From Tubiluchus corallicola (lineage: Eukaryota > Animalia > Priapulida): DNA of 64,000 bases. The stretch covers positions 248,001 to 312,000 of the forward strand of contig JAQGDQ010000234.1 of assembly GCA_030141605.1 (NCBI GenBank), given 5' to 3'. Both the position numbers and the translations under genes were made by a program. Below are positions 26,601 through 38,502 of the stretch, piece after piece (position 1 is the first letter of the stretch; every line of letters starts with the position of its first letter). The notes below the pieces were generated by a model. It worked only from the letters and a program-made list of their open reading frames with translations, was not told where the DNA came from and ran no database searches.

Positions 26601-29088
26601 GCGAAAATTTAAAATTGAACTGTTGTTGCATTGAGAAGTTGAACAATAATAAAATCGTTGCGCACATGTTTGTGTTTAAGGAAATTACGCAAGAATATGA
26701 TGAGAAGAAAGCAGCATACGATTCCCTAGCAACTAAATTAGAAAGCAGTAGATCTCAGCTTGAGCAGGTAATGTAAAAACTATTCTGGTTCGATTATTGG
26801 TATCTTTTGTAGTTGTTATAAATAAGCCACTAGCTCACATTGTACAAATACATTGTTTAAATTAACATAATTGATGAACACCAATCTGTTTCATGTTTAT
26901 CGTAGGAGGCAAAGTCACTCTGGGATGAGTTCAATGGACTAGAAGGTAAGAGGCAGATGATTTTATATCGGCTGGATATTCTGCAAGTGCAGGAAGGCAG
27001 GTGTGAGAAAGAAACGGCACCTGCTGTAGATCCAAAAGCAAAACATAAATCTCTGAGGTTAGTAATCAAGTCCTTGCTTAATAACGCTAATAAATTCTTA
27101 AGGTGAGTGTAATTACATGAAACAATGCTTTCCATAGAAACCAATGTAAAGGCATTTAGTTCCACACGCTTAAATCAATGATGCTTGGCCTACGTAAAAA
27201 TAGTTACTGATGTGTGTTGAAGGACAGAAATTAATAATGCTTAGCTCGTAAATCAAACACTTGATGCTGTTTATTCTTTGCAATTTTTAGCTAAAAGCTA
27301 GAAAGTAAGTAAAGTTTACAGTGAAAATTCAAATTTGAAGCATCCACACTTTCCTTCTTGCATACATGTATGTTCCTATGACTGCTCCCCTGTACCATTT
27401 ATTCCTCTATCTTTTCTTTTTGTGCTTGGTTTTTTAGCAAAAAATCGTAGCCATAATTGCATAGACTGCTTTTTTCTATTAAAACTATTACTATGTAACT
27501 GTAACACTGTAAAGCATTTAGCAACATCACATCTCACTTTTGAGCTTCATTCTTTCTCAGGGTTGTTTTCACAGAAAGCTTCGACCAGATGTGTTTAAAG
27601 CTGACTTTTCTGTTTAACACTCGTGGGAAATGTTTTTCCTACAGCTTAACTGTAGGTGAGTTGAACGCATCAATAATTAACCCAGTAGTGGAACATGAAA
27701 CAATTTTACTGGAAAAATTCCATCTCTACATGGGAAAGTGTGTGCCAGCAATTAAAGGAACAACCAGTCCTCAAACAGCATTCATTGTATTTTAATATAC
27801 ACTTAAAAATATTGAAATTGCCACATAATACATGCACATAAAATGCTTTGCTTAAAAATCCAAAAGAAATTTAAATCGTTCTTATCTCTTGCCAAACAAA
27901 CCTCGCTGTGAGCATTTGAAAAAAATGACAAACTAGTGAACAGCAGAAAGGCATACAGAACAAAGCTTCTGCAGTTTACTCAGAAACCGTGTTATTCTAG
28001 TTGACTAGATCTTTGTGCTCAACTATGTTTATGTAAAAAATTAGTCGTCGGATTAATTTGCAATAACTTTGAAGTGCTTACATAGCTTTAATCCACAGGA
28101 TTATACTTCAAAATGAGTAAACACTACATAGTATAACTATAATTAGAGGTAAGCAAGGGGGCATTTCACAAAGCTGAGAGCATACAAAATGTGCCTGGTA
28201 GTTAGCTTTGCTTATAATGTTCAGTTTTAGCTTTTAAAATAATTATTCTGTTAATTTGTCAGCATTAACTAGCTGTGTTATTATTGGTAACTGCTTTTCA
28301 TTACATTGTCGACAACGGGATTTATCATTAATAATATTTCATTTAATGTTTTGGATTGTTTGTAGTTGATAATAGTAACTGCTGCTGCAAAAGAAGTTTG
28401 TTCAGGCATCTGGAGGGATAAGTGTTTATATTGTACAGTTACAGAATGATGCTGGGCACTTTTCGTTCAAAATGAGCAGAACCAAGCTTGAAGTGATCGT
28501 GACTTTAAATTGATTTTGCTAATTACACGAGATGCTTATCAAGTGTAATTATCAATTTTCAATTTTATTGCTGACACCTTGTAACATTTTTCTCAAATAG
28601 TAAAATAAGCTCAACTTCCTGAGAGAGAGAGCGAGAGACTTTCCTTTTGCTTTAACAATGGCCAGCAATGAATCATTGCTGCTTGTATATATACAATACA
28701 TATGCGACTTTTAATAGTGAAAGTTTTTATATCCTGTGCAACATGGTAACAGTTCCAATATGAAACTTCATTGCTCTTGAATGAATCCTAAGTAAATGAC
28801 TTATGCAGCAATATAACCAGTTATGGAAAAATATAAAGTAGAAGTCTCTTTTCTTGTTATTACAGGGAACAGTATAACAAGCTGTGCTCTGAGCAAGAGA
28901 ACATTGGTAAACAGCTAAGAGAAAAACAAAAGGAAATCAGAGAAAATCAGGAAATGAATGTTAAACAAATGAAAATGTGGAGCGATTTTCTGCAGTTAAT
29001 GCAGTGTAAGCAGCGCATTGCTGAAGGTCAACTGATAGGGAGCAAGAATAATGCTAATAGTGGTAGCATGAATCACCTGGTTTTGTAA
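17605..29088 (+). CDS. IFT81: Intraflagellar transport protein 81, ~670 aa, 15 coding exons
   Basis: Exons 17605-17748, 18119-18213, 19188-19374, 19967-20122, 20286-20396, 21021-21105, 21197-21360, 21459-21551, 22677-22823, 24211-24360, 24746-24845, 26352-26470, 26681-26767, 26906-27057, 28866-29088; all GT-AG, phases consistent, total 2013 nt. N-terminal CH-like domain [85 protein letters not shown]; coiled coils. Confidence 0.95.
22190..22259 (+). mobile_element. Terminal fragment of the 14181-15371 pogo-like family (IFT81 intron)
   Basis: GGTTAATAGGGTCAAACAC...CAAAGTGAGTCTATTAAGCGACGCCTACTG|TA matches the family TIR. Confidence 0.75.
25228..25615 (+). mobile_element. Truncated Tc1/mariner-type MITE in an IFT81 intron
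   Basis: CpG-rich CCGCGA repeats ending GGCGAGGGAACACTG|TA; left TIR not found. Confidence 0.55.
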
Positions 29089-29564
29089 ATTTGTTCTGGT
29101 GAATTGAGAACTAGTACTGCTCTTCATAATCTCGCATTGTCTGTTCATTTCATCCTTATGCGTTTAAGTGTGCACATTAGCCAGTCAGCTTTGTTTATTT
29201 GTTTTACACATCCCACGTCGTCACCTAATTAACAAAAGTAAGGTGTTGAAACAAGGAGCCGCCTTTCCTGTGCCTGTTTATTATGTCCTTTCAAACATTC
29301 TCCATTATGTCTCTCATGTACTGGGACCTTAGGTGCAAGAAGAATTCCAGTGTTGACCTCATCGGTAACTCATGTAATGTTTGACCTGTGTCTGATGGCT
29401 TAAGGCACTTGAGTACTTGTAAAAGTTCTTTATTTTACATTTAGTCCCAGTACTTTTAAGGTATAGTCACAATACTTAACTTGTGGCATAGATGAGATCT
29501 TGCTCTGCATATTCCACAAGTGTCATGCATATGTATGCATAAATGTTTTGACAGGATGTGAAAA

Positions 29565-29765
29565 GCTGAAAATATAAGTGACAGTATATAGTATAAGCAA
29601 AATGCAGTGTACCCCTTTGCTTTAAGTATGTGCAATATTTGATACTCCATGAGTATAACGTATATGTATGTATTGAGGTTTTTGATAGGAGGCCAAAAAC
29701 TGAAAATGTAGGTGACAGTGCATAAAGTAGAGTACCCTTTGTTTTAAGTACGTGCAATATTTGAA
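29565..29765. repeat. Imperfect direct duplication (~65-80 bp, 2 copies) downstream of IFT81
   Basis: CTGAAAAT.TA.GTGACAGT...GTACCC.TT.G.TTTAAGTA.GTGCAATATTTGA at ~29566 and ~29700. Confidence 0.7.
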
Positions 29766-30577
29766 GTTTCTACAAGCTATACACTCATTCAACACAAGTA
29801 GTTAGTTTTGGTTACAACATTTTGAAAAACCTTAGAAGTCATTAACACCACGAAGAACTGTATACTGGTTTTAGGCAAATTAATTATTGATTTAAATTTT
29901 GGGAAGCCGTATTAAAGGTGGTGCATTTAATATATACATGTTCATTATTGCATACTGTGATAAACTACACGTATTCCGTCCGTATTTATTATTTGAGTGT
30001 TTTACTCGTGAATTTGCAAGAATCTTGTTGCTGTGAAATGTGAATAAAGATCTGGAAGTCACACTGAATTTTTTATTTGCTTTTGATAAAAAAAGCAAGC
30101 AGCACTACTAAAACGTCTTAAATGCTTGCTAGTGGGGTGCTTTTTAAACTACTATCAAATAGTTGAAAATATCTAACAATGGTGGATTTAACACATTTTT
30201 GAAAAAAAATGGTACAAAGCAACATTATAAAAGTATTACATTAAAAAGAATTTTTATTAGAAGTACAATCTTTATTACACTATTTTTATATCAGCTTTTT
30301 AATCTGTTTTATTATGATTATCATGATATATAGATCCTACGTCATTTAGGCCGTGTCTACATAATACATTCATCTTATAAATAAATAAATACTCTTCATT
30401 CGTTTAGGAAACTGCTCAGTTCTAACAAACTACACTTCAAACTATTTCATGAGCTACAGTACATGTGAAATCACACAATTATATTCATTTGCAAGCTAAT
30501 CCCTGATTCACATTGTCAGTGAGAACTGCAGTATGACAAACTAGTCTACTTTTAAATGGGCTACGAGAGACTAAGTT

Positions 30578-32735
30578 TTATGAAAAATGCAATTTGTAAA
30601 TGTGGGCAGTAAAACCATCAGCAAATTTCTGCCAAGGCCGCCTAATCAAATCAATTGCAGTATCGCTCTTTTCAACTTCTGACCAAGCATTAAATATCTC
30701 TGACAATACTTTACTAAAGTCAGTGGGATACTCTGAACTGAAATGTGGAAAAACTGTGCGCCATGGCTGCCTGTTCTTGAATATTTTCAACGGATGAGAG
30801 ATGACAAATATACGCAAACCTTTCAGGCGTTTTGTGTCCTTCACAAGCATATACTTGTTTTTTATTCTCTCTATTGTAGCTTTCAACACTGTTGTAGAAG
30901 CACCTGCTAGGTCGTGCACTTTTGGCTCCACTACCCAATCAGTGCCATTGTCCAATTGAAGAAGAAAACTTGGGGGCATGTAAGTATGATAGAAAATGAG
31001 GTGATTGGCTCGTTGCATGGACACATCTGATCTCAATTCTGAGTTTAAAATGAGCAATGATTTTGTAACTGCACCTTGGTGAAAAGCTCCAAACATAAGC
31101 AGCCCTAACATGTTCCAGAATATCCATGATTTTCTCAGGATGTAGGAATGCTTTGGTCCTGATATAAAGTCATATGTAAGGAGCACAACTGGAACAATAA
31201 GTGGCAGAAGAAACCGTGGCTCCTGATGAGGAAACAGTGAAAGAAGCAAAAGAGGAGCCCAAATGCTCCACAACAGAAGACCTTTTGGCAACAAAGTGAC
31301 CGGGAGTACTACAGCTGACGTACCATTCCGGCACGATTCAAACAGATATTTGGCAGTAATCCAAACACATGAAATCCCTACAAGTCCATACAACAATGGA
31401 AAATTCACTAGAAAATGCAGGTACTTCGGATGAAAACCATGTATGGCCAAATTAGTATTGTCCATGTTATACTTGATAAAATTAAAAGGTGTCCATGTTA
31501 AGTTATTTAAAATGGCAAATAAGGGGGCAGGCCAGCTTTGAAGATTAATAAGCTCGTATAACTCTTCTGATTTTACTACTCCATAGTACAATGAGTCCGT
31601 AAAAGATAAGCTACAACCAACAGCAACAATTACTGGTAAAACGCTCAAACATTCGAACACGAAACTTATGCAGTTTTGTTTCATTTTAGCACAGATCCAA
31701 TAAATACATGGAGCTAACGTAAATAAAATGAATGTTGGTCTGTTGTATATGCCTATTGTGTTAATAACTCCTATGCACATACAGTCCCATGAAACAGAGT
31801 TGTTGTTATGACGTAGCAAGCTTTTTACTACTGTAAACAACAAAACAGCAAACAAGACTGTCTCTGTACCATTTGTTAAAGTACGAGTGAGGAACACAGA
31901 AGTAACAAAAGAAGACGAAAATACTGTAAGGCATGCCCAAGGATCATGTCTTAGTAGTTTACAAAGTTTGTAAAGGCACAAATCGACTAGAAGAGACAAT
32001 AAAATCATCATTAGTCTCGGCATGACTAGCAATAGATAAGCAGGCACTCTAAATTCTAGACCATTTTGGAACAATCGCAGTATGTAGAATGGTACGCCAC
32101 AGCTGAAATAAGGGAAAACAACACTTCGAATTGGACTGCTGGAAACGTTGAACTCCCACGGCCTTAAAACATTGTATCCAAATAGGTCACCTGTAAGAAA
32201 GAGAGCCCGAATCTATAATGGTAAATCGGTAATAACACAACTAGTATTAACAAACACTTTCCAGCTCTGACAAAGTATAATTTAACTTTAAACACTGATT
32301 TCACAAAAACAATCAGACTCGGATATCAGTGAAGCTGGATCTTGTGTTTTTATGACATGGTACTCACTGATTTACAGTTGTAGTCTACACTTGGGGATCT
32401 TTGGCTTTTACGATTTTTCCTCACTGAATTTTTTCTCAAATCAGCCAGTTAGCGCAAGTTATACAGAATAAAAATTAAAGGTTTCCATTCTGTTTTTATA
32501 ATGCAACTAAGGAATAAATTCAAAGAAATTAATTAATAATTTCTAATTTAAATCGTAACATTTTCAACAATAATAATGGGTTATACAAAGTAGGTGAAAG
32601 CAGAAAAATATAAATGTATGTACCTGCAACTACTTCTGGGGCCTGGAAAAACTCGTCTGGATGTATATATCCCGTCTGAGGTAACAGTGTAGACAATGCT
32701 CGAATTAAAACCAGTAGCAACCAAGATATCATCAT
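30578..32735 (-). CDS. PIGZ: GPI mannosyltransferase 4 (PIG-Z/SMP3), ~574 aa, 2 coding exons
   Basis: Exons 32735-32624 and 32190-30578, phase-1 GT-AG intron. Motifs [25 protein letters not shown]...[58 protein letters not shown]. The frame stays open upstream to the acceptor at 32774, so the true start may lie further 5'. Confidence 0.95.
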
Positions 32736-32864
32736 AATAATCTTCAACTGTCCCTTTTTATCAATACCGGCAATCTAAAATAAAGTGCTATAATAAAATT
32801 ATGTCCAATAAGACATGGAACTGTCAACAAACTAACAGACACATTAACGCAATTAAATTACTGC

Positions 32865-33000
32865 AGAAACTGTATCGGCGGGAATTTGCAAAAAAAACGC
32901 AAGTTCAAACACTGAGTGCGCAGAAGCCGTAACTCAGCTTCAAACCACAAGCTTACGCTAAAGCTCATGTTAAACATCTGCCATCTGTTGGCAGCATTCA
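32865..33000 (-). promoter_or_regulatory. Candidate PIGZ promoter / non-coding first exon
   Basis: E2F-like GGCGGGAA (~32877), TGCGCA, CTCF-like CCAACAGATGGCAG on the minus strand (32978-32991), weak minus-strand donor GCA|GTAATT near 32861. Confidence 0.3.
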
Positions 33001-34732
33001 ATACTATAAGATATAATCAACAGATCTCTCCCACAACATCGTGTGGTGCTGGTCTCTCCTTGACTATAAGCAGTAATTATTTAAGATAAAGTATGACCAT
33101 ACCATAAATTTTGACGCGCCCAAAAACTGAAACACAGCAAAAAGGTTATCAAGTTCTTTACCATTTTCTGGAGGGTTATAGCTAATAATAACGTAGCAAC
33201 GTAGAATTCAGCAAGATAACTGCCATAAATTTATAATCTCATTGTTTTACGTAGGACTGAACGTATCGGATACAAAGTTTAACTTTTATGCAGATTTTTT
33301 CATTTGTGCAAAAATGTCAGAAACTTAAGTGATCAAATCTTTGAAAAAAAAATAGCAAGAACAGCTTTGTTTTTTGGATCTTTATTCTTAACCAATTTGA
33401 ACTTATAATACTATAACAGTACCTTTAATTTGGAATAAAATTATCAAATTTAAAATTATCAATATAACAGTATCATCAAATTGCTAGCTACAATTGCTTA
33501 GACTAAAAGCTACAAAACTTGAAAGCACATTTATATCACGCTTACTTAATTTGAACACACAACAGCTAGCTGACAAAGTTAAAAACTGTAAATGTATAAT
33601 TCGTGTACTTCTAAGAACTTTTGGTCACTGCATGGGCATGTAACCCCACACACATCTAATAATGATAATACTCAAAATATATACGAAAATTTCAGCTTAT
33701 AAATTTGTTTATAATAACTGTTTATAAAATTGTTGACTTAATTTTATCATTCTAAGTCTTTACTAACCACAAATAATAAAGCTGTATGTGAGTTTATTAT
33801 TGCAAAAAACAGAAGATCACTCACTTTTATTAGTAAAAGAGCAAAACAATAAAGCAAAAGAGAAATCAAGTCACAAAACAAAGATATGCAAGTGAAAAGT
33901 ACAAATAATTTTGCAAGCTAAATAACATCTATTGACTATTGCATTGCAGCATTTCTATCAGTACGTACACAGTAGTCTACCCTTTATATTGCTTGTAGTT
34001 TTAGCATGTATACAGTTGAATAGGTCCTGTGCTTGAAAACTTATTATGATCGATTACATTTAATAATATACTCAAATCACTCTCACTGGCGCCCTTTTCA
34101 CAGAAGGTCACTATACAGCAATGAATTTGTTGATGATGCTTACAGAAAAGGATGAAAAAGAAGACAAACTAACTAACTCACAAAACTTGAACTCAATTAC
34201 TAGCATCAGAATCATAAAGTTACTCAGTACAGCAGATTTATTAGTGAGTACTGAAGCCTTGCAAATTTTTACGTAGAATATAATATGTTAACGACTGAAC
34301 TATTCGAAGACTGAAAACTACCTCCTCCTTAGACAGCAGTGGTGACAAACACAATGAATAACAATGAAAAGGACAACGGCAACAACAAAGTCATTACATG
34401 CTGAATATGCAGCTTTAACATTCAAGCAGTTTAACATTCATCATTCTTTCGCCTCACTTGGACGTGAAAAATTAAAGCAGTAAAACATCTTTAATCTTAA
34501 TTCTGCACAGTAAAACACAATAACGTTTTTACTTTCGAAAATGTAACACAGTCTATGTTCACCTCAACTCGCAAACAATCCATACAAAAAATTTTAAAGC
34601 CGCAATTTTACTAATAAATGCAAATTCGTAATACATTTAATAGCAAGTCCTAAAATCCATTGCAACAACTAGCTGCATTACCCTCCTCATCATAGTAAAA
34701 TTTTATGACAACGACGATCTACTTTTCACTGT

Positions 34733-37700
34733 TCATTCCTCATTGGGATCATACTCCTTGACCGGTGACGTTATTCCTTTAATAGTCACTCTGTGCAATA
34801 CTCGCAACCCTACTTCATTCCGTGGGTATTGAGAAGCAGGACTAGCTTCATGGCCCACAGCTAAATTATCAGAGATGATGAAATCTCCAACTTCCCACTG
34901 AAAGTATTACAAAGTACTGAATATTATAGTAAACACAGTACTGAGTACAATATTTTTTCAATTGGTATTTTAATCCTAAACTTTAGTTAGCCTAAGTATA
35001 AAAAAGTTGTTAAAAGTAATATTATCTCTGACCACAAATGCACACAATATGTCAGATGTGGAAAAGCTTACATTACACATCAAACCATATATCCAGCTTG
35101 TTTTCTGGATCCATTAGCAATAACGTACTGTAATTCAATATTTAATTTTTTTGATATGCAATTTCATACATATACTTTCAGGCAAAATTTGCTGGACTCA
35201 ATTTCTTACATTTACACAGAATACCATAAACTACACGAGTCTGTGTGCAGCTCCACTGTTATGTTTATTGCAGCAATAGAGCAAAAATCGACATGCACGT
35301 TGCAAACTTAATGGATTACCTGCTGCCATTAATGTGTAAAATATGTTGAGTACAAAACTTCACAATAAGGTAATAAGATGTATTAATATTTGTTTACAGA
35401 TTAATGCAAAAATATTGGCAAGCTATGTCCTATTGCTGCTGTTATGCCTCAAGCACAAAACTATTTCTGAAATCTAGTTTCAGGAACTTAATAGCTTACG
35501 AAAGCAGTATCCCATCATCTAAAAACTCAGATACCTAAGGTCATAAATACTGTTTCATCTACACTGACTGAGAGGTGAAATAAACATTCAATTTTCATGC
35601 AATTTTAATGAATTTAAAGCATGCCTGCTGGAACTTCATTGTTAGATTTTGGAATGCAAATGTTCTCAAGTCAAGACTAATTATTCAACTAAGTTTAAAA
35701 CAATCCAACAGAAAAACTAGTCTTGTGCAACATTTTATTTTTATATCAAGCTAGTAGTGCCTTTGCAGGCCCATGTTGTAGAACCAGTTAACAAACTGCT
35801 CTTGAATTATTCAAGTCAACCAAAGTTTCTTATTTTAACGTTGCAAATTTGTAAAATAGACAAAAACTAAATCCCCAAAATTTAATTTTTTCAGAGTATT
35901 ACTACTTCATAACAGTGACATAGCCAATATTAAAAGAAAACACCGATTTTCACATACTAGCACACATTACTAGCATCTGAAACAAGTACAACTAATGTTC
36001 AGATTTACAGACACTTCACCACCTGTTAAAAACACAAAAATACCTTGTGGGAGTAAATAAGGCTTCCATCATCCCTGGTGATCTCACTGTGGATATCATT
36101 TAGTATTTCAACAGTTTCTGGCCAGTCCGTCAGTCGCTCTTGGGGTGTTCCTTTATTCCACAAGAAAGCCTCTGTCATACCAAGATGAAAACACAGCACC
36201 TGTTAATGATCAATCATTAATAATTTACCAACATAAGTCACAAATGTACAATATGACGTATATGTTTGTAGGTATGTCTATGTCCTGTAGAGGTCATTAA
36301 TAATTTACCAACATAAATCATAAATGTATGATGAGATGTGGTTGTTTGTAGGTATGACTATGTCTTACAGAAATAGACTAATCTAACAGTTGCCCTGTTC
36401 AATAAGTAAGCAGTTTTGTTTAATAACATACACCAAATCAGTTAGTAAAAAAATTAAAACATGTATTCTTGACACTCCACATTGTCGGATTTTCTGTTAC
36501 TCAATATTTAAATAATAATCTTGAAAATAAGTGCATGAAATTTCCATAAAATATGTACAGCTTTTACGAATAATAGTTTCAGGTAACAAACCATACAGCC
36601 ACTGAACCACACACATCATTTTAAAGGTTTCGTCACTGTGCAAATAAATGTAAACTTCTAATTTTTAAAACCTTCTCTCTGATTCACAGAGTAATGTGCT
36701 TCAAGTTTTCTCGTCTTTTCGTAAAAATTAATACACACCAAAATATCTAATATTTAATGCTTAATATCATCCTAATTCTATCCAAAGCAGCTCTCCAGTG
36801 AACCAAACAATTTGAAGTAGAATTACTTGTTCACTCATGTCAGACCACTTGCTTTGCAGTTGCTACTCACTAGAGAAAAATTATTATAATTTTGCATTCT
36901 ACACTCATATCTCGGTTTGCCGGATTTCGCTTTTACAGATACTGGAAGAATCAGACAAAATCCAGACCGTTAAAAGTTCAGCCTACTACAGACACAGTTT
37001 GCTGTTTCACGAGCTAACCGCTAGCTGGCGGGCCGCCACATTGTTTACATCGTTACGTCAGTGTAACCAAGCAGCATGTAATGACATGTGTGTAGCTTGT
37101 ATGTCAGCGTGTTTAAGTGGTTTATAGTCAATTATGCGGAGTAATTTGAGTCAATTGCCGACAGTTTTTATATACTTTAGCATAGGAGTGGCCTGTACTA
37201 GACGTTTTTGAGACAATTAAAAGATTGCTTCTGCATTGCGTGAGTCTAATATGCAGCACCTACTGTATTAGCATAGTATCGGCAAATACGGACAATTGGC
37301 AGATTCGGACCTAGGTCTCCCCGCTTTTGTTCGGCAAACTCAGATTTCAGCCTATATGCAATGACTACATGAAATGCTAATGGTGGCAAGTCAATGTGTT
37401 TTCAACAAATTTACCCACCTTCTTCTTTGTAATTGGATGTGAATAGATCAACGGATGATTCACTCTTGCTCGCCTGTCACTGCACATATAAAGTCTTTCC
37501 CACTTTTTCCTCTTTTCCTTGTCGAGGCCGACAATTAACTCATTCAGCGGAACAAACACTGAAATTTGAAAAAAATAACATTTTACATATAACACAAACT
37601 AGTGTAGCACAGCTTATAAGTTAATCTCTTCTGCTATGCTCATAGAACTGCAACGCATTGTTAATTTGTAATTGTATAACTTGTATTTTGTTGTATTGTA

Positions 37701-38502
37701 CTAAATGGATGAATAAATAAATCTAAAATCTAAATCTAAACTCCTTCTTAGGGGACATGGTTTCTTTAAAAAGCCGGAAATGTTTTACAGTTTTTGTAAG
37801 TAGAATATGGGAATTGTTTTTAAATCAATACAGCAAAGTTGCTAAATACCAGTGTCTCCAATTTTTGGCACAGACACCATGTGATACAGAGCGTAACTGA
37901 ACGGTGCCAGTTGAAAACTTCCGTCCACATGCCAACCAGTTCTACCAACACCGGTGCAACCCTCTTCTGGATCATTGGACACCCTGAAAACGTCTGGATG
38001 AGGTGACTTGTGATGCTTGTAGAATGTTGATTCTGGCTCACCAAACCATCTTCCAATTTCAACGTGTCTGTCGCCACTCACAGTACCTATAGTACACAAA
38101 AATTTATAACATTTTTATACTGTTAATGCAATATCATTTCATAACCACTAAAATGCAATTTCAAGCTAACTCAAAAGAACAATAAGAGAAATCACTTGTC
38201 GAAATATGAATACTGTAACAAAGCACAGCAAAGTTCAACAAGCATTACACTTTCATTAGAAAATTTAAAAAGTGCTCAAATTGCAAAAGCCAACTTCAAC
38301 CACAATTTAATGTGACACAATAACTCAAATAAAACAATGTAAACCACTAACCTTGATCTTTGAATATAAGCATTCTGTGCACAGCCACATCATGTTTTAT
38401 TTGTTGAATGACATCTGGAGGCACATGCTCTTTCAAGTCCAAGCCGCGCACATCTGCACCCAGTCGCAGTGGCTTAAGGTGGTACGGAGCACCTGTGGAC
38501 AT
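34733..38502 (-). CDS. TauD/TfdA-family Fe(II)/2-oxoglutarate-dependent dioxygenase, ~282 aa, 5 exons
   Basis: Exons 38502-38352, 38086-37850, 37558-37419, 36199-36044, 34897-34733 (849 nt, GT-AG, phases consistent). Motifs LGADVRGLDL...HRMLIFKDQ, WHVDGS (H-x-D), GDTVF, HPLIYSHPITKKKVL, HKWEVGDFIISDNLAVGHEA (distal His), RVLHRVT. Confidence 0.92.
36214..36372. repeat. Tandem duplication of ~80 bp next to the exon 4 acceptor of the TauD-like gene
   Basis: TCATTAATAATTTACCAACATAA...TGTTTGTAGGTATG.CTATGTC at 36214 and 36294. Confidence 0.85.
36909..37345. mobile_element. Possible decayed MITE in an intron of the TauD-like gene
   Basis: Imperfect inverted ends ATCTCGGTTTGCCGGA / TCGGCAAACTCAGAT around a CpG-richer interior. 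Confidence 0.4.

Noticed and set aside
34733-38502. Bacterial contamination as the source of the TauD-like gene
   Set aside because: It has four canonical phase-consistent introns and lies between animal genes.
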